A stretch of DNA of 24,049 bases from a virus. Taxonomy: Duplodnaviria > Caudoviricetes. Positions 16,878-24,049 of the stretch are shown one piece after another. Where the stretch lies: positions 1 to 24,049 of IMG/VR virus record IMGVR_UViG_3300025839_000054. One strand, 5' to 3'. Every line of letters starts with the position of its first letter. Positions within the stretch are counted from its first letter, which is position 1. The notes below the pieces were generated by a model. That model searched no databases. It saw only the letters and a list, made by a program, of their open reading frames with translations, and was not told where the DNA came from. The translations under genes and the position numbers were made by a program.

Positions 16878-17628
16878 GGTGTCAGTAATTTGTCCGACGA
16901 TTAGGGAAAAAGGGCTTGATATTGTCAAAGACGCGCTAGATAAACAGACGTTTCGTGATTTTACGTGGATTGTATGCAGTCCTTTCGAGTATAAGGGTTG
17001 CGATACGTGGATTAAGGACGATTTTGAGGGTGGATTGTGGAGTCTAAATCGTGCCTACAATGCCCTTTTTAAGGCTTGTAGCGGGGACATTGTGGTGAGT
17101 TGGCAGGACTTTGTGTGGGCTGATAAAGACGCTTTAGCTAAGTTTGTAGCCAACGTAACGGAGTTTGATAGTGTTGTATCAGGAGTAGGAGATCAGTACG
17201 CCCGTTTAGGTGAGTATGGCAAACCAGAGGTTAAGATATGGAGCGACCCACGCAAGACCAACAAGTACGGTAGCTTTTATGAGAGCCAGTGGAATGATGC
17301 GGAATTCAATTTTTGTGCATTTCCTCTATGGATGGCTAAAAATGTGGGCGGTTTTGACGAGCAATTAGACTTTCTAGGCGTCGGAGGCGATCAGTTACAG
17401 TTCTGTGAGCGGCTAAACGACATGGGCATCAAGTTTTTTCTTGACCAAACGAATGAGAGCTACACATTACGACACGGTAGGGAGGATTTTGGTGGCGAGA
17501 ACGCATGGAACGAGAAACATGTCTTATTCAAGTTGGGTAAATCAGGAAGAAGCCTATACGACGAAAGGAAACGGGAGTTGATGACACTGGGGCAGTGGCC
17601 GGAACTGCCTTATCTCGATAGGGTATAA
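16870..17628 (+). CDS. GT2 family glycosyltransferase
   Basis: VSVICPT, ALDKQTFRDF, LNRAYN, GDIVVSWQD, VGGFDE. Confidence 0.88.
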   Translation: MSKVSVICPTIREKGLDIVKDALDKQTFRDFTWIVCSPFEYKGCDTWIKDDFEGGLWSLNRAYNALFKACSGDIVVSWQDFVWADKDALAKFVANVTEFDSVVSGVGDQYARLGEYGKPEVKIWSDPRKTNKYGSFYESQWNDAEFNFCAFPLWMAKNVGGFDEQLDFLGVGGDQLQFCERLNDMGIKFFLDQTNESYTLRHGREDFGGENAWNEKHVLFKLGKSGRSLYDERKRELMTLGQWPELPYLDRV

Positions 17629-17682
17629 TAGAAACAGGTTAATGAAAGAACTTTATGACCGCTCTACAGGGGCGGTTTTTTT
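17619..17682 (+). promoter_or_regulatory. Promoter-leader-terminator unit 3 (before tail genes)
   Basis: TAGGGTATAAT 17619-17629; AGAACTT 17647-17653; stem ACCGCTC/GGGCGGT 17658-17676; T-run to 17682; ATG 17688. Confidence 0.75.
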
Positions 17683-17687
17683 ATAGC

Positions 17688-18317
17688 ATGAACAAGTCAA
17701 CAATACTACAAAGGGTTAGCTCACACGTAAACAACACCTCGGAGGTTCCTACGGGGGATTTGTTACTCCAATGGTCGGACTTCCTTGAGACTGCTAATCA
17801 GGAGTGGTGTACCGCCTACGAGCCGCAGGTACTAATCAAGACATTTCATACTACGATGGCGGTCTCTGGTACATCTGTTGCTTTACCTGATGATTTCAAG
17901 CGGTTTGCGGGTTTCATAACGATTAATAGCGCCAAGGTGGAGGAGAGAGACCCACGGGAAGCAACTATCACGTCAGGCGATTATGTAACGTGGGGTGGAA
18001 ACCAGGATGTAGGTATTTATATGACAACGCAAGCCCTCACATCACCCGCCTCAATTGCGGTTCCTTATCATTCAAAAGCGACAGCACTCTCGACACTTAC
18101 GAGCACATCGCCTATCCCCACACCTGAATTTCTAGTGATGCGTGTTACCCATTACGCTAAACTAGCACGACAGGATGCGGACTATACCGAGTTTAAGGAT
18201 CAGGCTGATCTGTTACTGGCTCGCATGGTTGGTGATGAGAATACGTCGGATTTGCAGAAAAACAAAACAATACGAACGCAGTCGGAATATAAAGGATTTA
18301 GACTAGGCGATGATTAA
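17688..18317 (+). CDS. Head-to-tail adaptor-like virion protein
   Basis: ~209 aa, first gene of the tail block; FLETANQEW, VALPDDFKR, SPIPTPEFLV motifs. The track start 17655 runs through the terminator. Confidence 0.7.
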   Translation: MNKSTILQRVSSHVNNTSEVPTGDLLLQWSDFLETANQEWCTAYEPQVLIKTFHTTMAVSGTSVALPDDFKRFAGFITINSAKVEERDPREATITSGDYVTWGGNQDVGIYMTTQALTSPASIAVPYHSKATALSTLTSTSPIPTPEFLVMRVTHYAKLARQDADYTEFKDQADLLLARMVGDENTSDLQKNKTIRTQSEYKGFRLGDD

Positions 18318-18322
18318 AACTA

Positions 18323-20305
18323 ATGGCTACACTAAGACAACGCCAATCAAGACAGGTTAGATGGCCTCAAGATAAGGTTGTAGGTTATGATTCACAAAAG
18401 AAAGGGTTAAATACTTTATTGCTTGATAGTGAGTTGGCAGATGATGAGGCGAGGGAGTTAACCAATCTTAGACGTGTAGGAGAGGGGATTTTACAGGCAC
18501 GACCAGGTACAGGTAAATACTTTGACGCTGATTACACAAATAAAGTTCGTCACCTAACGGACTACTACAACCATACGACAAGTACAGCAGAACTACTTGC
18601 TATTACTGACAGGGGAATATTGGTCAAAAAATCAGGGACTAGTTATGCCCAGATAACGGGTGCATCGTTTGCTAGCGGAGTGCGTCACCAATCGGCACAA
18701 CTAGGCGGGAATATGTTTGTGGTTGATGGAATAAGCCCTTATGTTAAGTATGATGGTACTAACCTTATTACCTACGCTGGTATTGCTTCACCCACTAACT
18801 TACTGGTAACAAAATCTAGTGGTACGTCGGGGATATTTACCCACAGTTATAGGGTCTCTGCTAAAGGTCGAGTTGGCGAGACTCTAGCAACTACAGCTGT
18901 TCAGATCGCGAATGTTCAAGAGCTACCAACAGCTACCAACTTCATCACCCTTAACTGGACAGCACCATCAGCCGCCAGTGGAGCACTAACGGGGTATAAC
19001 ATCTTCGGGCGTGAGACCGGTGGGGAGTCTTTTATTACATCCGTTGAGAGTAGTTCAACTAGCTGGATAGATGATGGAACCATAGAAACAACATCACTTC
19101 TCTTATTCCCCCAAACAAGTAACTCAACATCGGGTCCGAAAGCCAAGCACATAATTTCATGGGAGGGTAAAACGGTTGTTGCCAATCTTGATGAAAGCAC
19201 GTCTCGGTTTCAGTGGTCTGGTGTTGGCCAGTACGTTGATGATTTCAGTGCATCAAAAGGCGGGGGGTATTATGATATAGACCCTAACTCTAAAGACAGG
19301 TTTGGTGTAACGGCGTTGTCACAAAAAGAAGGTAAACTAATAGTGTTTAAGGGTAATAGCGTTCACCAAATGTCATTAAGTTGGAACAGTTCTTTAGGTA
19401 TAGCAGAACCCGTAGTAACCAAAATCATAGATGGTATTGGATGTGCAGCGGCAGGTACAGCACAGGTGGTAGAGAACAGTGTAATGTTTGTAGCTAATAT
19501 CGCAGGGCGAGGCCTTGCCCTGGCTAAACTAGACTACGAACCCAATATCTTAAGTGGTTCTTTACGGTTCCAGCCAATATCGGCGGCAGTGCAGTCTGTT
19601 ATAGATCAGGTTAACATGGCTCGGGTAGACCAGATGTGGGCGTTGTACTCTGACAAAAGGTATCACTGGTTCTTACCCATATCGGCTACGAGCTGGACGT
19701 GTTTGGTCTACGACATGGAGTCAGCGGCGTTCTTTGGACCATGGACACTAACAGATGCATGGTCGGGTACGGTATCACAAGATAGTGAGAATAAATACCA
19801 CGCTCTGATAGGCAAGTCAGGTGGTGGAGTTATTGAATTATCCGATGGATATATCAACGACGAAGGCACAAACTTTACGTGGAGAAGGACGACAAAACTA
19901 GAAGATTTTGGTCAACGGTTTACACTGAAGACAATTGTAGATGCGTGGCAGGAGTTACGCAATTTCACATCAGGTACAGTATCTATTAGCTACAACACGT
20001 CGGGGGTCAGTGGAAATAGCGTTTTGGCTGCCACAGTATCGGTTACAGCACCCTATACGCTCGCAGGGTATGGTTCGTCAAGATATGGATATGCTCCACG
20101 ATATGGGTACAACCCGTCAACAGGCAGCGATACCAACAGCACAACGGTCAGGAAATACACGTTCCTGGCTCCCGATGCGTTTAACGTGGTTGCAGTACAG
20201 CAAGAAATATCAGGAAGTGGTAATAGGCCACAAATAGTAGCTACACAGATACGAGCTAGGTCGAGTAACATCAACAATGTCCCGACAGAATGGCGAAATG
20301 CGTAA
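18323..20305 (+). CDS. Tail hub / nozzle (P22 gp10-like stabilisation) protein with an FN3-like insert
   Basis: 660 aa, beta-rich; GLNT, N.....G.LQARPG, LIVFKGNSV, GIGCAA motifs; PTNL...ITLNWTAPS...GYNIFGR insert. Confidence 0.7.
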   Translation: MATLRQRQSRQVRWPQDKVVGYDSQKKGLNTLLLDSELADDEARELTNLRRVGEGILQARPGTGKYFDADYTNKVRHLTDYYNHTTSTAELLAITDRGILVKKSGTSYAQITGASFASGVRHQSAQLGGNMFVVDGISPYVKYDGTNLITYAGIASPTNLLVTKSSGTSGIFTHSYRVSAKGRVGETLATTAVQIANVQELPTATNFITLNWTAPSAASGALTGYNIFGRETGGESFITSVESSSTSWIDDGTIETTSLLLFPQTSNSTSGPKAKHIISWEGKTVVANLDESTSRFQWSGVGQYVDDFSASKGGGYYDIDPNSKDRFGVTALSQKEGKLIVFKGNSVHQMSLSWNSSLGIAEPVVTKIIDGIGCAAAGTAQVVENSVMFVANIAGRGLALAKLDYEPNILSGSLRFQPISAAVQSVIDQVNMARVDQMWALYSDKRYHWFLPISATSWTCLVYDMESAAFFGPWTLTDAWSGTVSQDSENKYHALIGKSGGGVIELSDGYINDEGTNFTWRRTTKLEDFGQRFTLKTIVDAWQELRNFTSGTVSISYNTSGVSGNSVLAATVSVTAPYTLAGYGSSRYGYAPRYGYNPSTGSDTNSTTVRKYTFLAPDAFNVVAVQQEISGSGNRPQIVATQIRARSSNINNVPTEWRNA

Positions 20306-20306
20306 C

Positions 20307-20684
20307 ATGAGCGTATACGATGAAATACTAGCCGAACCAGAAGTACAACCGGAAACGGTGATGCTTGATAGTGCAGACAAGGGCCCACAGCCTGTATTTA
20401 GCGATATACTTAATAGTGAGGTAGAGTTAGGTGCTATTCGCGATTACATGGAGATTGAAAGGCCTACAACAGAAGAAAACGAGCGAATGGGGTTTATATA
20501 CCAATGGGCTAGGGAAAACGGGGCAGAGGACGATACGGACGCTCTCGCAAAGATTGGGGCGGTAGAAAGACGGCTAGGATCTCCACATTTGGGCGAATCA
20601 CGCCTAGCGAGGTTGTATCAGTGGGTATCACTTGATATGGAGGCAGCTAAGATATTTAAGGCACAGAGAGCTTACGAAAGGTAG
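20307..20684 (+). CDS. Hypothetical protein
   Basis: Helical ORF between tail genes; ATG 20307 follows the upstream stop (track start 20277). Confidence 0.75.
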   Translation: MSVYDEILAEPEVQPETVMLDSADKGPQPVFSDILNSEVELGAIRDYMEIERPTTEENERMGFIYQWARENGAEDDTDALAKIGAVERRLGSPHLGESRLARLYQWVSLDMEAAKIFKAQRAYER

Positions 20685-20686
20685 AA

Positions 20687-21004
20687 ATGCTTATACCAGA
20701 CCGAACACGACCACTAATTGAATCAGTAAGTATAGGGAAAGTACCTATCTACGGGCAAACGTCTGCCTCTACAGGCAGTGCGGTGCAGTTATCTACCACT
20801 AGCCTAGAACTAAAGAATGGATTGATCGTACAGGCGTTATCGGCTAATACAGCAACGGTGTTTATTGGTGGAAGTACGGTTAATAATACAACCGGATTTG
20901 AGTTACAGGCAGGACAAGCTACTTCTGTAGGTATAAATAATGTGAATAAACTTTATGTGTATGGCGCCACTGGCAACGGTGTGTGCTGGATAGGAGCTGT
21001 TTAA
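20687..21004 (+). CDS. Small beta-rich putative virion protein
   Basis: LIVQALSANTATVFIGG, GFELQAGQA motifs; G/T/S/V-rich; within the tail block. Confidence 0.7.
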   Translation: MLIPDRTRPLIESVSIGKVPIYGQTSASTGSAVQLSTTSLELKNGLIVQALSANTATVFIGGSTVNNTTGFELQAGQATSVGINNVNKLYVYGATGNGVCWIGAV

Positions 21005-21201
21005 TGCCAATACTACCATTTGGGGGAATACCACCTAAAAGTGAGGCGTATCTTGACGCTCGCTACATAAAAAAGGATTTAACCAACACGGTTGAAGCTG
21101 ATCCGATAGACAACACCTATGGTCACGTAAACATTGACGGTTATGAAATCTATGCAACCTTTTTAAGCCTCTATACGGGGATAGATGGGGGGTCGTTTTA
21201 G
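21004..21201 (+). CDS. Small putative tail protein ending in IDGGSF
   Basis: TAATG-coupled to the previous gene; LDARYIK motif and DGGxF C-terminus as seen in phage tail proteins. Confidence 0.65.
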   Translation: MPILPFGGIPPKSEAYLDARYIKKDLTNTVEADPIDNTYGHVNIDGYEIYATFLSLYTGIDGGSF

Positions 21202-23856
21202 ATGGGTGGCAGTGGCGCAAGTCCAATTAGCGTTCCTATACGGATAAAGCGTGGACTCGATGCAGCTGTAGCAGGAGCAACCTTTAACGAAGGCGAGCCA
21301 GCGTTTACTACCGATACTTACGATTTTTATGTTGGAACAGCGGCAGGGAAACAAAAGTTTTTGAAGGATGGTGCAAGCCATACCGCACTATCTGATATTG
21401 GCACAAATACTCACGCCCAAATAGATACTTTTATTGGAACAACCGTTCCCGCCACTTATCTACCTTTAGCTGGTGGGGTAATGACGGGCAATCTCTTAAT
21501 GACTAGCAATAAGATAATTGGTGGCTCAACTGCTACCTCTGATCTTTTTCTCCAAACCACGGCAGGCGTAGGAGCTACGGGTGCAGATATGCACTTTTTG
21601 GTAGGGAATAATGGAGCAACAGAAGCCATGACGATTCTGAATTCTGGCAACGTCGGCATCGGGACGACGGCGCCGGGGTACAAACTAGATGTAGCGGGAG
21701 ATTTCCGAACGACAAGCAGTGCGTGGCTCGGAAGTGGTTTAACGGGACAAGGATTGTATGTCAAAAGCACGGGCAACGTCGGCATCGGGACGACGGGGCC
21801 AGTTTCTAAGTTAACTGTGCATACTGGTACAAATATAAATGCAAATTTTCGAACATTAGGTGTTGGTGCAAATGGCCTTGATATGTGGGCAGGTAATGAT
21901 GCTGGAAGTGCTTACGTGCCATTAAGTTTTAATGGTTCTAAATTGGTATTAAATTCAGATAGTAGCGGGGGTGTAAGCATTGGTTATAACGATCCTGGGA
22001 CGGCGAAATTAGCAATAGACGGCAACGTCGGCATCGGGACGACGGCGCCGGAAGGAAAATTGGATGTAAATGGAGGCATAATCTCGCGCGGAGCGTTTAG
22101 TGTTTATTCGACAGAGGCGGGACAAACGGACAGAAGGCTTACCGTTAATACGAACGTAGCAGGTTTAACAACAATATATAATTATGATGGAGGGGATACG
22201 CTGATGTATCCAATTCAAATTGGAAGTAATACAGCTGGTACAGGGTTAACAATAAATGCGGGCAACGTCGGCATCGGGACGACGGGACCGAATGCAAAAT
22301 TAGATGTGACTGGAAACATTTATACAGGAACCGCTACACAACCAACGACAGGAAACGGATTATATATTGGCGGCCCCACTCTTTGGGCATATGATTACAG
22401 TGGTGGAACAGGGTATAAAGCAATTAATATTTCCGGAAGAACCATTAGTTTGAATACAGACGTTTGGGAAGCAAGTCCTGCGTTGTATATTGATAGTAAC
22501 CGCAACGTCGGCATCGGGACGGCTTCGCCGGGAAACAAATTGCAGGTTCACAACTATGCTGCAGGAAATCAAACACTATTTATGTTGTCTGGAGGCACAG
22601 GAGTAAATGCTACTGCTATAGGTGATGCTGTCACCATTGGTCTTGATACGTACAACAGTGGAGCATATCCGGTGAAATTAACTTCGATTGCAACGCAGGC
22701 AGCACCAAGTCATCCAAACAACAATTTTTATATCAGCACCAATACTAACGGAACTGATAACACGCGGTTCTTTATTAAAAACGACGGCAACGTCGGCATC
22801 GGGACGACGGCTCCAACTTCACGACTCACAGCAAATACGCAGTCACCTAGTGCAAACGCACTATTATTCAATGTTCAAAATACTGGCTCTAATGTATTTA
22901 GTGTAGATGCGGAGGGTGACTTCTTTTACGATGGAACAGGTAGTTCACCTTCCGCCGACGTAGCAGAAATTTATCCTACTACCGAGACTGGGATAGTCTC
23001 AGGCGAGATTGTGAGTTTATCGGTTGGAGACAGTAACGCGCAAACCGTAATTCGACCTGGAATGGCATCTGATCCAAATCTACTTGGAGTGGTCACCACA
23101 AAACCCGCACTTTTGTTGGGAAGTAACGTAGAAAGTGGTGTGGCCGTAGCCCTTATCGGTCGCGTACCGGTAAAAGTTAACGATCAAAACGGCGTTATTG
23201 TAAAAGGCGATTATGTAACGAGTAGTTCAACGCCGGGGGTTGGAATGAAGGCGACGGTTGCCGGGATGGTGGTGGGGAGAGCGTTAGAAGACGTGAGATG
23301 CGAAGAAACAAGTGACAACAAACAAGATACAAATTTGGAGCAAGATACAAGTGAAAAGGTACAAGGTATAAGTGAGACGTGCACCACGATGGTATTTACC
23401 AATCTCAGTTGGTACGATCCAACACACGAGGCGCTGGCATTAACCACCACGCCAATCGATACGGCAAAATACAAAGACCTTACTACTGACACAATGACCG
23501 TTAATCAAACATTGTCCGTACTGGGTGCATCGACATTGTCAGACACAACCATCACGGGAACATTAAACATCGGCCTGTTGTCAATCGAAAATTCATCCAT
23601 AAACGTTGCTGGTGGAATACTTAACTTACAAGACGCGTATGGTGCGGGCAACATCCAAGTATTTGGTGGCAAGATTGTTATGACTACCGACGGTTCTGTT
23701 CAACTAGTAGGTTCTTTGTCTGCCGATTCAATCGAAGTAAATACCGCTACAGTCCATCAGGGGATTACGATTTTTGACGAAGTCACCGGTTTGCCAACCT
23801 GCGTAACGGTGCGTGAAGGAGTTGTAACTGTAGTTGACGGTGCGTGCGTTAAGTAG
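21202..23856 (+). CDS. Tail-fibre/adhesin-like protein: Mtd_N-like N-terminus, GNVGIGTT-delimited modules, intramolecular-chaperone-like (peptidase G2/S74-type) region, beta-rich C-terminus
   Basis: IRIKRG...GEPAFTTDT..FYVG; YLPLAGGVMTGNL; six (G/R)NVGIGT repeats; ADVAEIY, LGVVTTKPA, VALIGRVPVKV, KGDYVTSSSTPGVGMKA, VVGRALE. Confidence 0.8.
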   Translation: MGGSGASPISVPIRIKRGLDAAVAGATFNEGEPAFTTDTYDFYVGTAAGKQKFLKDGASHTALSDIGTNTHAQIDTFIGTTVPATYLPLAGGVMTGNLLMTSNKIIGGSTATSDLFLQTTAGVGATGADMHFLVGNNGATEAMTILNSGNVGIGTTAPGYKLDVAGDFRTTSSAWLGSGLTGQGLYVKSTGNVGIGTTGPVSKLTVHTGTNINANFRTLGVGANGLDMWAGNDAGSAYVPLSFNGSKLVLNSDSSGGVSIGYNDPGTAKLAIDGNVGIGTTAPEGKLDVNGGIISRGAFSVYSTEAGQTDRRLTVNTNVAGLTTIYNYDGGDTLMYPIQIGSNTAGTGLTINAGNVGIGTTGPNAKLDVTGNIYTGTATQPTTGNGLYIGGPTLWAYDYSGGTGYKAINISGRTISLNTDVWEASPALYIDSNRNVGIGTASPGNKLQVHNYAAGNQTLFMLSGGTGVNATAIGDAVTIGLDTYNSGAYPVKLTSIATQAAPSHPNNNFYISTNTNGTDNTRFFIKNDGNVGIGTTAPTSRLTANTQSPSANALLFNVQNTGSNVFSVDAEGDFFYDGTGSSPSADVAEIYPTTETGIVSGEIVSLSVGDSNAQTVIRPGMASDPNLLGVVTTKPALLLGSNVESGVAVALIGRVPVKVNDQNGVIVKGDYVTSSSTPGVGMKATVAGMVVGRALEDVRCEETSDNKQDTNLEQDTSEKVQGISETCTTMVFTNLSWYDPTHEALALTTTPIDTAKYKDLTTDTMTVNQTLSVLGASTLSDTTITGTLNIGLLSIENSSINVAGGILNLQDAYGAGNIQVFGGKIVMTTDGSVQLVGSLSADSIEVNTATVHQGITIFDEVTGLPTCVTVREGVVTVVDGACVK
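21646..22810 (+). repeat. Six dispersed direct repeats of GGCAACGTCGGCATCGGGACGACGG
   Basis: Exact 25-mers at 21646, 21772, 22021, 22261 and 22786; variant at 22501 (20 of the first 21 nt). Start-to-start spacings 126, 249, 240, 240 and 285 nt. Confidence 0.97.
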
Positions 23857-23936
23857 AGAATGAAATATAATACATTTTCTTGAATTGTTAAACTGGGAGT
23901 TGACAATGGTTTTTCTATGATAGATAAATAGTAAAG

Positions 23937-24049
23937 ATGACACTGCCACAGTCTAGAAAAGGTTTTTCAATAGTTGAGCTTTTGGTTGTTGTTGTCGTTC
24001 TTGGAATTTTTTCTTTTGGAGGATATCTTTATTACACTCAAAATTTATT
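23937..24049 (+). CDS. Type IV pilin-like protein (prepilin N-terminal cleavage/methylation motif), truncated by the window end
   Basis: Manual translation MTLPQSRKG|FSIVELLVVVVVLGIFSFGGYLYYTQNL...: class III signal peptide with G-1, F+1, E+5. Confidence 0.85.
   Translation, partial: MTLPQSRKGFSIVELLVVVVVLGIFSFGGYLYYTQNL

Larger units (their letters stand above)
1..23856. mobile_element. Tailed phage / prophage segment (P22-like podovirus organisation): replication arm on minus strand, packaging-head-glycosylation-tail arm on plus strand
   Basis: Order TerS-TerL-portal-scaffold-MCP-adaptor-tail hub-fibre, divergent from ERF/helicase/initiator genes. No integrase or att site is visible, so prophage versus free phage cannot be decided. 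Confidence 0.93.

Noticed and set aside
20066-20112. YG repeats (GYGSSRYGYAPRYGY) in the tail hub
   Set aside because: Short protein-level aromatic-glycine repeat with divergent codons; no evidence of a DNA-level element.
21196-21204. Stop-codon read-through or TAG recoding joining 21004..21201 to the in-frame fibre gene (TTT TAG ATG)
   Set aside because: DGGxF is a plausible natural C-terminus and the next ORF starts with its own N-terminal anchor domain. TAG and TGA end other clearly bounded genes, so there is no sign of an alternative genetic code.
21646-22810. CRISPR array interpretation of the 25-bp repeats
   Set aside because: Spacers are ~100-260 nt, variable and all in frame within one long ORF; no cas genes or leader are present.
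21202-23856. Diversity-generating retroelement targeting the Mtd_N-like fibre
   Set aside because: No reverse transcriptase, and no template/variable repeat pair differing at adenines was seen in the window.
23900-23930. Promoter for the pilin gene based on TTGACA at 23900
   Set aside because: No TAnnnT hexamer at 16-18 nt spacing (TATGAT is only 10 nt away), so it is not called.
5205-23949. Minus-strand and alternative-frame ORFs in the late arm (e.g. 10795..11139, 20053..20388, 21456..21785, 23728..23949)
   Set aside because: They overlap confident plus-strand genes and show typical antisense composition.

Overview
The window is a contiguous segment of a tailed dsDNA phage or prophage with a P22/podovirus-like gene order, read in the standard genetic code. 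The left arm (1-5079, minus strand) is an early replication/recombination module: HTH protein, DUF559-like nuclease, replication initiator with an internal iteron origin, DnaB-like helicase, RHH regulator and ERF recombinase. A divergent promoter region at ~5089-5223 separates it from the plus-strand late arm: small ORFs, TerS, TerL (broken by a 7-nt insertion in Walker A), portal, scaffold, major capsid protein, five glycosyltransferase genes, adaptor and tail-hub proteins, and an 884-aa tail-fibre-like protein. The window ends in the start of a type IV pilin-like gene. A Patescibacteria/CPR-type host is inferred, not shown. Four signals stand out. (1) A 25-bp GC-rich sequence, identical even at synonymous sites, divides the tail-fibre gene into unrelated in-frame modules, suggesting a cassette-shuffling system. 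(2) The glycosyltransferase cluster sits inside the virion operon and an SG(T/A)S motif recurs in virion proteins, suggesting virion O-glycosylation. (3) A -10 / AGAACYT / terminator-hairpin leader recurs in front of three structural gene blocks, suggesting antitermination-controlled late expression. (4) The terminase frameshift. All family assignments come from motif recognition by eye; no searches were run.
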